A DNA stretch of 64,000 nucleotides from contig JABFGG010000003.1 in assembly GCA_013112575.1 (NCBI GenBank), positions 152,898 through 216,897 on the forward strand, read 5' to 3'. The notes below the pieces were generated by a model, which saw only the letters and a program-made list of their open reading frames with translations, had not been told where the DNA came from and did not search any database. The stretch is from Chloroflexota bacterium (GTDB taxonomy: Bacteria; Chloroflexota; Anaerolineae; Anaerolineales; UBA11579). Below, piece by piece: positions 1-9,783 of the stretch; within the stretch, counting starts at the first letter, position 1, and each line of letters begins with the position of its first letter. The position numbers were made by a program, and so were the translations under genes.

Positions 1-319
1 GTTGGGGGATGTCCTTGAGGCGTTTGGTGAAATGTCCCAGGTCCCAGGCAGCCAGGCCAGAGATCACACTCAGCGCCAGCAATAGAGGGTTTACATCCAA
101 AAAGCTGCCCAGCGCGGCTAGCAGAAAACATAGCGCGAAACCAAAATTCCCCGGCCAGGATTGAGGCAGTTGCTGAAGCGCCAGCCATACCAACCCAACG
201 CCGATAGCAAACCATATGCCAACATATATATCCACCAACCAGAAACCCACTGCAATGAAAAGCGTTGAAACAATGATGGCAAAGATAGCTAAATAACGCG
301 AGAGGGTCAGATCGTTCAT
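1..319 (-). CDS. multi-pass membrane protein, N-terminal part only (continues past window start); last visible gene of the MoxR/DUF58 operon
   Basis: Minus-strand frame is open from ATG 317-319 (MNDLTLSRYLAIFAIIVSTLFIAVGFWLV...) to position 1 with no stop. ATGA overlap with the DUF58 stop. Hydrophobic helices. Absent from the ORF track because there is no stop in the window. Confidence 0.5.
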   Translation of the reverse strand, partial: MNDLTLSRYLAIFAIIVSTLFIAVGFWLVDIYVGIWFAIGVGLVWLALQQLPQSWPGNFGFALCFLLAALGSFLDVNPLLLALSVISGLAAWDLGHFTKRLKDIPQ

Positions 320-1599
320 AACAAGCCCGCCGTTTGATACCAAAGTGGCACATTATTGAGGGCCGCGTGGGCGGCATTCTCGAAGGTGGTGTTGACATCC
401 CAGTCCATTACAAAGATGCCCGCCTGGCGCAACTTGTTTAATAAGAGGCCGCGCTCAACGCTTGCAATACGGGCGGCTAAGGCCACGTTCTCGTTGTCTT
501 CCAGTAGGGGACGTTCGAATGAGATCGGATTGGGGCTAACGACCAGGATTTGGTAACCGCGGGCGCGTAAGCCGAGCAGCATACCTTCGTCACCATCCAT
601 TAAAGGGCTGATGATGACTAATTGGGAATTGGAGGGGAAGAGGCGCGTGGGCAGGTTTTCCATGGAACCGAAAACAAGACTATTGCCCAGAGTGGCGCGT
701 GCGAGGGAGCGCATGATGCGTTCACGCTGGACTTTGCCATAGGCCGGATAGGTCCAATCCAACAAGCTTCCGTAGAGCAGTAAACCAACCCGGTTGCCTG
801 TACGCAGGAAGGTTTCAGCCAGGGATGCGGTTGCCATAACCCCATGCTCAAAAAGGGATTGGTCAGCATATTTGACATTGACACGAAAACGTGCATCCAG
901 GATCAGGCCCACGTCGACCACGCGTTCCTGCTCAAAGATCTTGGTGAACAAGATATTGCTGTGCCGGGCAGTTGTGTTCCAGTCGATCCAGCGCAAAGAG
1001 TCGCCAGTCTGATATTCACGCAGCCCGAAGAATTCGACGCCAGGGCCACCGATGCGCGCAGGAACCTGCCCGGAAAAAGTACGTGTGCGGTTGGGGCGAA
1101 TAGCGATACGTTTGAGTGGTGGTGTTTGGGGAATAAAGAAAACCCGCCCAGGAGCCGGTACACGTGTTTGGCGCTGGAACAAATCGAATGGGTCACGACT
1201 TGTCACAGTTATGTCGGGGAGGCCGTAATAGCCGCGTGCGCCTGTAACTGTGTGGTCGATTTCAATCGTTTTATCTCGTGGAAGAAAAAGAGCATATTCC
1301 TTTTCTCCTTCCAGTGCTTTAAGGCCATCCGGCAAAAAGCTGGTCAGGTGCAGGTCTTCCTGATCCGTCCCGTTATTGCGGAGGCTAAGTTGAATCGAAA
1401 CTTCTTCCCCAGGGGAGGCGCGATCGGTGTTGACCAAGCGGGATATTTGGAATTGGGGTTCAGCGGGGCTAAAGAATAAACCGGCAAGGATATAAACAAC
1501 AAGAGGGATTAGCAAGGTGAGCAATAGCCCATTGAGCAAACCAAGGCCAAGTAACAATCCTCCCCAGACCAGAACCCCCAAAAAAGTTATGCGGTTCAT
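316..1599 (-). CDS. DUF58 domain protein (VWA-like, MoxR partner)
   Basis: Two N-terminal TM helices. Signature FFGLREYQTGDSLRWIDWNTTAR matches the DUF58 motif. Start overlaps the MoxR stop. Confidence 0.85.
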   Translation of the reverse strand: MNRITFLGVLVWGGLLLGLGLLNGLLLTLLIPLVVYILAGLFFSPAEPQFQISRLVNTDRASPGEEVSIQLSLRNNGTDQEDLHLTSFLPDGLKALEGEKEYALFLPRDKTIEIDHTVTGARGYYGLPDITVTSRDPFDLFQRQTRVPAPGRVFFIPQTPPLKRIAIRPNRTRTFSGQVPARIGGPGVEFFGLREYQTGDSLRWIDWNTTARHSNILFTKIFEQERVVDVGLILDARFRVNVKYADQSLFEHGVMATASLAETFLRTGNRVGLLLYGSLLDWTYPAYGKVQRERIMRSLARATLGNSLVFGSMENLPTRLFPSNSQLVIISPLMDGDEGMLLGLRARGYQILVVSPNPISFERPLLEDNENVALAARIASVERGLLLNKLRQAGIFVMDWDVNTTFENAAHAALNNVPLWYQTAGLL

Positions 1600-2561
1600 G
1601 CACCTGACTCTATGACGGGAACTGGTTGGCTGTCAAGAATGGCAGTGATAATCTCTTCCGCGGCAAAACGTTTGAGCCACAGGTCCGGTTTGAGGATGAG
1701 GCGGTGGACGAGGGCCGGGATGGCAAAATCTTTGATGTCATCCGGGAGTACAAAACCGCGATCCGCTAAGGCCGCGGCGGCGCGGGAAAGTTTTAACAAG
1801 GCCAGCGAACCGCGCGGGCTGGCGCCCACGGAGACTTGTTTGTCCGCCCGCGTGCGACTGACGATGTCGATGATGTATTGGTTTAGGTCGGGATTGATAT
1901 GCACTTCTTCCACGGCAGCCCGCAGCTGAAGCAATTCTTCTCCATTTGTGATGCGCTTGATCTCCACGTCATCTGTGCGCCGGTCCCTGCGGCGTTCGAG
2001 CATCTCAAGTTCATCTTTGGCTGAAGGATAGCCGACCGAGACTTTCATAATGAAGCGATCAAGTTGGGCTTCGGGCAGGGGGAAGGTGCCCTCGTACTCA
2101 ATGGGGTTTTGTGTGGCAAGCACGATAAAAGGCTTCGGTAAGGGCTGGGTTTCGCCCTCCAGCGTGACCTGCCCCTCTTGCATGGCCTCCAGTAAAGCAG
2201 ATTGTGTTTTGGGTGAGGCGCGATTGATCTCGTCTGCAAGGATAATGTTGGCAAAGATAGGTCCCTTGCGCAGCTCAAATTTGCTTTGCGAACGGTCAAA
2301 AACGTAGCCACCAGTGATATCTCCGGGCAGGAGGTCGGGAGTAAACTGGATGCGGCGGAAATCTAAACCGAGCGCCGTTGCCAGGCTTTTTGCCATGAGG
2401 GTTTTGCCCAGCCCCGGGTAGTCTTCGATAAGGACGTGCCCACCAACCATGACCGCTGTAATGATCTGGTTGAGCAATTCCCGTTTGCCGATAATGGCCT
2501 TTTCCACTTCCTTAATGATCTCTTCGCCAAGTGCAGCAACGGTGCGAGGGTTATTGCTCAT
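1596..2561 (-). CDS. MoxR-family AAA+ ATPase
   Basis: Walker A YPGLGKT, ADEINRASPKTQSALLEAMQE (AAA_3 / sensor region), about 320 aa as typical for MoxR. Confidence 0.9.
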   Translation of the reverse strand: MSNNPRTVAALGEEIIKEVEKAIIGKRELLNQIITAVMVGGHVLIEDYPGLGKTLMAKSLATALGLDFRRIQFTPDLLPGDITGGYVFDRSQSKFELRKGPIFANIILADEINRASPKTQSALLEAMQEGQVTLEGETQPLPKPFIVLATQNPIEYEGTFPLPEAQLDRFIMKVSVGYPSAKDELEMLERRRDRRTDDVEIKRITNGEELLQLRAAVEEVHINPDLNQYIIDIVSRTRADKQVSVGASPRGSLALLKLSRAAAALADRGFVLPDDIKDFAIPALVHRLILKPDLWLKRFAAEEIITAILDSQPVPVIESGA

Positions 2562-3162
2562 TATCTAACTCCAATTCAGATTCGAGGTAATCAACGATGG
2601 GTTCGTAACCCAATTCCTGGAGTGAATGGGTCTTTCCTAGATTGAAGCGAGGCAGCACTTGTTGAAAGCGACGGTAGTTGACACGCGACAAACGCAGGTC
2701 CAGGAATTTGAGGATGTGATCGGGGGTCTTTGCTTTACCAGCACGAGCGCGTTCACGCACCTGTTCGATGCTCTCCACTTCTTTATGGGCGATGACAGCC
2801 AGGGTGAGGTCACCCAATTGGCGGGCCATGTGGAGTTGAAAATACTGGCCCTCCTGAGAAAGTTCGATCCAGCGCGCCCAGGTCTGCAGTCGACTACGAT
2901 CCTCTACCGGTTGTTCAATCTCTTCATGGCTGCGTTTGCGCCTGATGTAAAGGCTGCGAAAGGCAACCAAAATGCCCACACCTATGAGTGCAGCCCATTG
3001 CAAGCTTTGGGGGATGCTCAGATAGAGCAATTGTAGTAAAGAAAGGAAAAGATAAAAGGGCTGGACAATACTTTCCCGAAAGATTTCGCGAAGGAATAAA
3101 GCCGCAATAGCCAGGATAAGAACAAGGACAAAAGCTAATATCAGGGTGCGGGAACGGTTCAT
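2551..3162 (-). CDS. membrane protein of unknown function in the MoxR operon
   Basis: ORF track gives 2551..3201. The internal ATG at 3160-3162 forms an ATGA overlap with the upstream stop and precedes the TM helices (MNRSRTLILAFVLVLILAIAALF). Start choice is an inference. Confidence 0.5.
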   Translation of the reverse strand: MNRSRTLILAFVLVLILAIAALFLREIFRESIVQPFYLFLSLLQLLYLSIPQSLQWAALIGVGILVAFRSLYIRRKRSHEEIEQPVEDRSRLQTWARWIELSQEGQYFQLHMARQLGDLTLAVIAHKEVESIEQVRERARAGKAKTPDHILKFLDLRLSRVNYRRFQQVLPRFNLGKTHSLQELGYEPIVDYLESELELDNEQ

Positions 3163-4010
3163 GTGCTGGTTTGAGCGTGAAGCACGATGGCACTCAGGCA
3201 ATCAATGGCTTGTGTTTCTTGTTGTGGATCGGGCTGTTTATTCCCATAACGCACCTGCTCAAAAAGACGCGTCAATTGCTGGACCTCTTGATTAGGCAGT
3301 CCCAAAGCACCCAGCCTGCGTTCAAATTGCCGTGGGGTCATAGCCTCGTGACGTTGGATACCGCGCGTGGCATTGAGGGTGCGGCTCATGTCTACGTAAC
3401 AGCGTTTGATGGTGTCGCCGATATCGGCGCCTGCATAGAGATCGTCGAGGGCTTCCTGTGCGTCCTGGGCGATCTCCTGTAAAGGCGTGGTCCGGAAGAA
3501 GCGCATGTAAATGTATACACCTAGTCCAGTAAGGACCAGTAATATGAAAAAACTAACTGCGTAAACCAGCCACTCTGGAGGGCTATTTGGGGCCACAACA
3601 ACAGGGTCGCCCAATACCTCTTCACCCCCCGCATTGGGAGCAAGGAGTTGGTCTAAATTGACGCGCCGCGAAAAATTCAATATCAGATAATAGATCGTGA
3701 GCATCCAGAGCAGCAGAGTGAGATAACGCCGAAAGCCCTGGCGCATTTCTGGTCTGAAGATGAACAGGATGATAGACAAGGGAAACAGCACATAGCCGAG
3801 GATATATATGGCAATGATAATAAAGGCGCGGACGTCTGGACTTACAAATTCATCAAGGGGGCTATCGTTAAATTGGCTACGTTCTGGGAATAATTGGAAG
3901 CGTTGACTTGGTTGTAGATCCAAGTCAGGCAAACTGGCGGACAAGATCACGAGAGCAAGCAGCGCGATGGCTGCAAGGGCCAGGAACCAGGTTTTGTTGC
4001 CAGGGACCAT
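3159..4010 (-). CDS. membrane protein with DUF4129-like C-terminal domain
   Basis: Several TM helices. The C-terminus (MTPRQFERRLGALGLP...LTRLFEQVRYGNKQP) resembles DUF4129, which commonly accompanies MoxR/DUF58. Confidence 0.6.
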   Translation of the reverse strand: MVPGNKTWFLALAAIALLALVILSASLPDLDLQPSQRFQLFPERSQFNDSPLDEFVSPDVRAFIIIAIYILGYVLFPLSIILFIFRPEMRQGFRRYLTLLLWMLTIYYLILNFSRRVNLDQLLAPNAGGEEVLGDPVVVAPNSPPEWLVYAVSFFILLVLTGLGVYIYMRFFRTTPLQEIAQDAQEALDDLYAGADIGDTIKRCYVDMSRTLNATRGIQRHEAMTPRQFERRLGALGLPNQEVQQLTRLFEQVRYGNKQPDPQQETQAIDCLSAIVLHAQTST

Positions 4011-4139
4011 TATCCTCCTTAGCGATCTTGTGCTTAATCATTTGCACGTTGGCCCAGGCATTGCCGGACCAACGTGCAGTGATGCCCAATGCTGCCGGGC
4101 AGGTTTGAATTGTTAAGTGCTGTGTTCAGTCAGTGGCTG

Positions 4140-4973
4140 CTAATCTGTGAGGATAGCGCCATCCGTGACCTTAATGCCAGCAAACGCAGGTGAAAAGACC
4201 ACTTCGGTATTGCCATTCTTACCGACTGTGAGGAAACCTTCTACACGCTTGTTGTCATACACGAAGATGTACTGGTAACGACCAGCGACCATATCCAGGC
4301 GGTTAAGGCCGGGAGAGATGCTGAAGAAGAACGTGGTCGGGCCGATCAAGGTAACATCAAGTGTTTCGGAATAGTGATTGGCGATGCGGAAGCGTACTGG
4401 ATTGATAGAATCAAAGTCATCGTAAATGAGACGTTCACAACTCTTAATAGTGAACTTGGTGGTGCCATTCTTTTTGACATCCAACACGCCGGTAAACAAC
4501 TGTCCGTCACAGGTCTCGTAAGAATAGAAGTAGTCACCAGAAACGATGGCGCGGAATTTGTTGGTGCCCAATTCCAAGTTGAGTGTATAGGTCTCGGGGC
4601 CAACCAGTTCCATCGTTATGGCTTCATCAATATGGACATTGATGACGATCTTGGGTTCAACGACTTCTTCGTCACAAGGCGGAATAATCAATTCTTGATT
4701 ATTATCTTCCACCGTGATCTCCCCGGCAATTTCGATGTCACACTCATCCACCTCGATAAAATAATCGTAAGTGCCAGCATTAACAGTTTTGTTGATCTTA
4801 CCGGGTGAAAGGGCGAATTTAAAGTCCTTGGGACCTTCGAGTGTGATGGTGACACCATCTTCGGTGTTGTTATGGATGAAAAGCTCGTATTTTTCGTCCT
4901 GGAGGGCAGGGGCAAATGCTGTGGTGAAAAGAATCGCCAGCATTGAAACCAGGAAAGCAGATCGCTTAATCAT
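4140..4973 (-). CDS. secreted protein with three internal beta-rich repeats, unknown function
   Basis: Signal peptide MIKRSAFLVSMLAILFTTAFAPA. A recurring approx 80-aa pattern (G.Y.Y...G.LTV..NG.T). Confidence 0.55.
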   Translation of the reverse strand: MIKRSAFLVSMLAILFTTAFAPALQDEKYELFIHNNTEDGVTITLEGPKDFKFALSPGKINKTVNAGTYDYFIEVDECDIEIAGEITVEDNNQELIIPPCDEEVVEPKIVINVHIDEAITMELVGPETYTLNLELGTNKFRAIVSGDYFYSYETCDGQLFTGVLDVKKNGTTKFTIKSCERLIYDDFDSINPVRFRIANHYSETLDVTLIGPTTFFFSISPGLNRLDMVAGRYQYIFVYDNKRVEGFLTVGKNGNTEVVFSPAFAGIKVTDGAILTD

Positions 4974-5162
4974 AGAATACTCCGTTTCACAAATCGAACA
5001 ACCGTTTGGTTGCGGGGCAAGTGCCCCAAATTTCGAAGCGGGATTCTATCACATATCAAATAAAGAGAATAAGTCGTGGGTACTGGCATTTTCAGGTGTT
5101 TTTAATGTTTCTGTAAAACGGAATCCAATTAATTACGCCTGAGGGAGGAATGAGGTTCAAGC

Positions 5163-6083
5163 TTATTCCTCCAAAAATAAGCCATCCACGCTCAAATAAC
5201 GCTGGCCACTATCTGCCAGCGTGCAAACGATGGTCTTCCCAGCGTTTGCGGGGCGTTGGGCGATCTCCAGTGTAGCTTGCACAACCGCACCAGAAGAAAT
5301 GCCCACCAGCATGCCTTCGGTGCGGGCCAGGCGGCGGCACATGGCAAAGGCCTGTGCTTCGCTGACGAGATAAATCTCATCGATGATTTCCCGGTCAAGC
5401 ACTTCAGGAACAAAGCCGGGAGCGGTGCCCATCATGCGGTGGGGCTGGAATTTGCCTTGGGAGATGAAAGGAGCTTCTTCAGGTTCGATGGCGATAAGCT
5501 GCACAGCAGGGTTTTGTTCTTTGAGATAATGGCCTGCTCCGCCAATGGTGCCGCCTGTGCCCAGGGCCGAAACCAGAATATCGACCTTGCCATCCGTATC
5601 CTCCCAGATCTCAGGGCCGGTGTTTGTGTAATGAGCTTTGGGATTGGATGGATTGCTGTGCTGGCCGACGTAAAAATAGTCCGGGTTGGCTTCAAGCATC
5701 TCTTGCAATTTGCGACGTGCCCCGGCAGTACCTTCTGCGGCCGGAGTAAGCACCAGTTCAGCGCCAAAAGCGGCCAGGACCTGACGGCGTTCCATACTCT
5801 GGATCTCGGACATGACGAGGATGGCGCGGTAACCTCTGATGGCAGCAATGAAGGCCACGGCCATGCCGGTGTTGCCGCTGGTAGCTTCGATAAGGGTGCT
5901 GCCTGGCCCCAGACGTCCTTCCGCTTCAGCGTCATTGATGATCTGCAAGACGGGCCGATCTTTGATGCTGAGAGGATTAAGGAACTCACATTTGGCGAAA
6001 ACCTGATGATCGGGAGCCAGCCGCCCCAAACGCACCAGAGGTGTCTTGCCGATAAATTCAGTGATGTCATTAAAATATTGCAT
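5163..6083 (-). CDS. cysK: cysteine synthase (O-acetylserine sulfhydrylase), PLP-dependent
   Basis: NPLSIKDRP (PLP lysine), SGNTG, GTGGTIGG motifs; 306 aa. Confidence 0.85.
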   Translation of the reverse strand: MQYFNDITEFIGKTPLVRLGRLAPDHQVFAKCEFLNPLSIKDRPVLQIINDAEAEGRLGPGSTLIEATSGNTGMAVAFIAAIRGYRAILVMSEIQSMERRQVLAAFGAELVLTPAAEGTAGARRKLQEMLEANPDYFYVGQHSNPSNPKAHYTNTGPEIWEDTDGKVDILVSALGTGGTIGGAGHYLKEQNPAVQLIAIEPEEAPFISQGKFQPHRMMGTAPGFVPEVLDREIIDEIYLVSEAQAFAMCRRLARTEGMLVGISSGAVVQATLEIAQRPANAGKTIVCTLADSGQRYLSVDGLFLEE

Positions 6084-6156
6084 TGTGGCTCCCAGACTGT
6101 TGAAATCTCGTGAAGCTTATCACTGAATCAGCAGAAAAAACCGGGCATGGTGTAAT

Positions 6157-6174
6157 ATTACCCAAATGGGTAAT
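6157..6174. promoter_or_regulatory. 18-bp perfect palindrome ATTACCCA-AA-TGGGTAAT in the divergent cysK / PNPOx-family promoter region
   Basis: Read directly: the 8-bp arms are exact reverse complements. Located 74 bp from the cysK start and 33 bp from the 6207 start. Confidence 0.35.
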
Positions 6175-6206
6175 CACCCATATATCTAAACCTATTGGAG
6201 AGATAG

Positions 6207-6770
6207 ATGGCGAAGGATTATGCCCAGATGGGCTACACTGAAATGCGGCGCGAAGACCGGGCAGTTGAAGATGACGCCTGGATCAAGGCGTATTTAGGGG
6301 AAGCGGCGATGGGGGTACTGGCGACCTCTTACGAAGGCCAGCCTTTCATTAACAGCAACCTATTCGTGTACGACGAGGTGGAACACGCCATTTACATGCA
6401 TACGGCGCAGGTGGGCCGCACGCGGGCCAACCTTGATGCCAACCCCAGGGTGTGTTTCCATACCTTCAGCATGGGACGCTTGTTGCCTGCTGATGAAGCC
6501 CTGGAATTCAGTGTGGAATATGCTGGGGTGATGGTGTTTGGGGAAGTGGTTATCGTGGAGGAGAACGAAGAAAAGGAACGTGGTTTGCAGCTTTTGCTGG
6601 ATAAATACGCCCCACATCTGCGCCCTGACCGTGATTATCGCTCAATCACCCCAGAGGAATTAAAACGCACTGCAGTGTATAAGATCAGGATCGATGAATG
6701 GGTGGGGAAGAAAAAGGAAGTTGAAGAGGATTTTCCGGGTGCGTTCATATATAATGAAAATGGAAAGTAG
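6207..6770 (+). CDS. pyridoxamine 5'-phosphate oxidase family flavoprotein
   Basis: N-terminus MRREDRAVEDDAWIKAYL..MGVLAT is typical of the Pyridox_ox_2 family. RBS GGAGAG upstream. Confidence 0.75.
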   Translation: MAKDYAQMGYTEMRREDRAVEDDAWIKAYLGEAAMGVLATSYEGQPFINSNLFVYDEVEHAIYMHTAQVGRTRANLDANPRVCFHTFSMGRLLPADEALEFSVEYAGVMVFGEVVIVEENEEKERGLQLLLDKYAPHLRPDRDYRSITPEELKRTAVYKIRIDEWVGKKKEVEEDFPGAFIYNENGK

Positions 6771-6841
6771 AGGCTTATCGTTCCGCGACCAGCGATACAA
6801 TTTTGCGTATAAGCTAGTAGATAAACGAACGGAGAAATAAG

Positions 6842-7249
6842 ATGACTGAAGACAAGGACATTGTACAAGAAGTAGACGAAGAATTGGACGCGCTGGACCA
6901 AGAAATGGATAGTGGTGATTCGGCCTGGGATTGGGGCGGATCGAATTCATGGATCTGGGGTTTGGCCTTAATCGCGGTTGGCGGATTGCTGCTGTTAGGC
7001 AATTTCACTGATTTTAATTTCATTGATGTGAGTAACTGGTGGGCCATTTTTATCCTGGTGCCGGGCATCTCAATGCTGGCAAACGCATTTAGTGCCTCAC
7101 GGCGTGGTCGTTCCGGGGGTGGACAGGCCATTTGGGGTGGTTTCCTGGTGTTGCTGGCGCTGTCGTTCTTCCTCAATATCTCTTTCGCCCTGATCTGGCC
7201 GGTGTTCCTGATTCTGGCCGGGGCAGGCTTGTTGTTCCGGGCTTTCTAG
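6842..7249 (+). CDS. small membrane protein, LiaI/LiaF-like TM region
   Basis: Acidic N-terminus followed by four hydrophobic helices (WGLALIAVGGLLLLGNF...). Confidence 0.45.
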   Translation: MTEDKDIVQEVDEELDALDQEMDSGDSAWDWGGSNSWIWGLALIAVGGLLLLGNFTDFNFIDVSNWWAIFILVPGISMLANAFSASRRGRSGGGQAIWGGFLVLLALSFFLNISFALIWPVFLILAGAGLLFRAF

Positions 7250-7272
7250 TTCCGGCTTTAGACTGATAGTGA

Positions 7273-7303
7273 AGAAACCAACCTGTTCAGGTTGGTTTCT
7301 TTT
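7273..7303. terminator. bidirectional rho-independent terminator between convergent genes
   Basis: 12-bp perfect stem AGAAACCAACCT/AGGTTGGTTTCT, loop GTTC, T-run. Confidence 0.65.
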
Positions 7304-7343
7304 AATTATTCACGCAAAGTATGCCAAGGGCGCGAAGTTTAAT

Positions 7344-7874
7344 CTAGACGTGGCGGGCGGCTAGCTCCGTGACAAAGCTATTGACCTCGAGGTCGATCTT
7401 GCGGCTGGCATCTCTATAATTCTCGCTGGTGTATTCCAGGGGCGAAAAGACGCGGTCAAAATCTATCCCGAATAGACTGGCATCTGTCACAAATGAGCCA
7501 GAGCGTACCTGCAAACCAACGTCATCGGGCAGACGCAACTTTACGTTGGTGACGAAGCCCATATAACGGAGATGGGTTTCGCCTTCGGGTATGTCCGCGC
7601 TGGTGAGGTCCAGGTCAGCGTCACCAACGAAGAACGAGGTTTCTTCATCATTGACCTGCCAGTCGCCATAGCGGTCGATCTCGCCAATGAAACGAAAACG
7701 CACGTTGGTGCCATCGGGGGCGAAGTTGGGGCGCAGGATGATCCACAGACCACCAGCCATCAAAGCTAAGGGCCAAAAGATGGCCCAGGTGTCGAGGTTG
7801 AACAGTCGGGCGGTAAATAGCACCACACCAAGAAGGATAAGAGCAATGCCAAGGAAAGAGCCGGGATTACGCAT
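7344..7874 (-). CDS. LiaF-like (DUF2154) cell-envelope stress protein
   Basis: Two N-terminal TM helices. C-terminal GDADLDLTSADIPEGETHL...VKLRLPDDVGLQV matches the pattern of the LiaF C-terminal domain. Confidence 0.5.
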   Translation of the reverse strand: MRNPGSFLGIALILLGVVLFTARLFNLDTWAIFWPLALMAGGLWIILRPNFAPDGTNVRFRFIGEIDRYGDWQVNDEETSFFVGDADLDLTSADIPEGETHLRYMGFVTNVKLRLPDDVGLQVRSGSFVTDASLFGIDFDRVFSPLEYTSENYRDASRKIDLEVNSFVTELAARHV

Positions 7875-7959
7875 GGGGGAGACTCCAGAAGGTTAGTCGG
7901 ATTTAGTAGGAAGATACTTGTACTTATTGTATCCAATAAGAGGGTGCTTTGGAAATTTG

Positions 7960-8937
7960 TTAAGGGATGGGAAGGACCCCATCACTGACTTTGCATTGGA
8001 TGGCTTCAGTGGGAGTTGGGATTATTGTTTCATCAATAAAAGTATTACCGTGTTCATTCAAGGCTTCGAAAGGCCAAAGAGGTCTGACGAGCACTTCATA
8101 GGTTAGATTTCCTTGACTATAAATGCCGTTCTTGATTTCTTTTGCCAGCCAATCAGTAACAAAATCCCCTTCGATAATTATTGGATATGAATCAATAATT
8201 GGAATGCCCTCTATAAACTCTTCGACCTCTGGGTGTTGCTCTCTACGAATCTGAACTAATTGATCTAAAGACATTGTGTTAATGGGCCAGGCTTGGCTAT
8301 TTATTTCTCCATAAGGAGTTTGCAACCACAGAATCAATTTTTCAGGTTGGTAAGGCTCTAGACCTATGGGCGAGAAGGATGCAAGAAGCTTGTATGTATC
8401 CGCTATGGCAGGCAATACGACGGGGGGCGGAGAGGGCCAGAGCCATTCATCAAGATCAAAATCCCAAACAAACCTTTCAAGGGCTTGATTCCATGAGGTA
8501 TTTGATCGCCAGCTGTCTACGGCAATGTGGGTATATTGAGATCCCTCAAAGGGGGGACGATATGTAGTGTAGTCATAATCAAAATATCCAACTTGGTCAA
8601 TTGTGTTAAGCAATTTACAGGTTTCTTCTCTAGATAAGGCCTTAGTTAATGGTTTAAATGTAAACCATTCTGATTGCGGGTTGGAAATAATTAGTTGCTT
8701 GTCCCCAAATAAGATTAGTTCTGGAGGAAAGTCATAGGAGCCACCACCATCACCAGGAGATTTATCTACAAATATTTGAATTGATTGAGGCACCCATGTG
8801 TGATCTTGTAAAGGAGGCACGAGTGTACTTGTCGGTGAAGGTGTAAGTAGGCTATGTTTAAAAGCTTCGTTGGTCAACTCAAAAGGAAAAGGTGTTTTTG
8901 GAGTGGGAGTGTGACTTGGGATGCTGCCGGCATGCAC
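7960..8937 (-). CDS. hypothetical protein; probably the body of a frameshifted lipoprotein gene (see findings)
   Basis: 325-aa ORF with no signal peptide. Its frame stays open upstream to 9120 without a start codon. The adjacent 8874..9143 ORF supplies a lipoprotein signal in another frame. Confidence 0.45.
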   Translation of the reverse strand: MHAGSIPSHTPTPKTPFPFELTNEAFKHSLLTPSPTSTLVPPLQDHTWVPQSIQIFVDKSPGDGGGSYDFPPELILFGDKQLIISNPQSEWFTFKPLTKALSREETCKLLNTIDQVGYFDYDYTTYRPPFEGSQYTHIAVDSWRSNTSWNQALERFVWDFDLDEWLWPSPPPVVLPAIADTYKLLASFSPIGLEPYQPEKLILWLQTPYGEINSQAWPINTMSLDQLVQIRREQHPEVEEFIEGIPIIDSYPIIIEGDFVTDWLAKEIKNGIYSQGNLTYEVLVRPLWPFEALNEHGNTFIDETIIPTPTEAIQCKVSDGVLPIP

Positions 8938-9163
8938 GCCAACGATATACGGCCAATCTGTTGTACTCGAAGGGGTAAAGAGGGTCGATAGTAGAAGTTG
9001 GTGAGGGGATGGTTGTGGCTGAAGGGACCTGTGGGTGTATAAGTAAGCGTAAGGATTTGAGGACTTGGGGGTGAATTGGTACAGCCTGATTGAAAAACCA
9101 TGGTTGCGAAGACCCCCAGATTAATTATCTTCTTACAGGGCATATTCCTCCCAACGATAGGTC

Positions 9164-9769
9164 TTAGGAATCAATCCAGGGATGAGACCGTTCCCAATCA
9201 CCAAAATATACGAACTCGTTGAGGGCTTTGCGTTGACGGGGGGCGGTTTCGCGTTCGGCTAAGTCTTCATCAAGCTGATCGGGTGTGCCTAGATATCCTA
9301 AGGCTAACATGGTGACGGGGTCGTAGTCCTCAGGGATGTTGAAGGCTTCGTAGGCTTTCTGGCGGCTGAAGCCGGCCATGGGGTGGGCGTAGAGGTTCAT
9401 GGAGACAGCCTGGGTGAGCAGGTTGGAGATGGCCATACCGAGGTCGTGGCGGGCATGTGCGTTATCCCGATGTTTATAGTCAAAGAAGGTCTTGGCGATG
9501 GCGAGGATTAAAACAGGGGCGTCTTTGGCCCAGCGGCTGTTGCCTTCAGAGAGAAGGTCAAGCAGCTGCTGATATTCGTTCGGGTGGTCTTTGGTAGCAA
9601 CGATAAACACCCAGGGTTGCTCGTTGCGTGAGGAGGGCGCCCAGCGAGCAGCTTCAAAGAGTGAAAGCAGATTTTCATGGCTGACCGGTTTGTCTGCAAA
9701 GGCGCGAGGGCTCCAGCGCAGTTCGATGAGTTCGTGAATAGGGTGCTGGTTGTCTGCAGCTTTGGGCAT
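9164..9769 (-). CDS. nitroreductase family protein
   Basis: RWSPRAF motif, about 200 aa, typical NADH/FMN nitroreductase layout. Confidence 0.85.
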   Translation of the reverse strand: MPKAADNQHPIHELIELRWSPRAFADKPVSHENLLSLFEAARWAPSSRNEQPWVFIVATKDHPNEYQQLLDLLSEGNSRWAKDAPVLILAIAKTFFDYKHRDNAHARHDLGMAISNLLTQAVSMNLYAHPMAGFSRQKAYEAFNIPEDYDPVTMLALGYLGTPDQLDEDLAERETAPRQRKALNEFVYFGDWERSHPWIDS

Positions 9770-9783
9770 AGTAGCTCACTCGA

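Noticed and set aside
5256-6113. 285-aa plus-strand ORF
   Set aside because: Antisense shadow of cysK. The cysK frame carries all the PLP-enzyme motifs.
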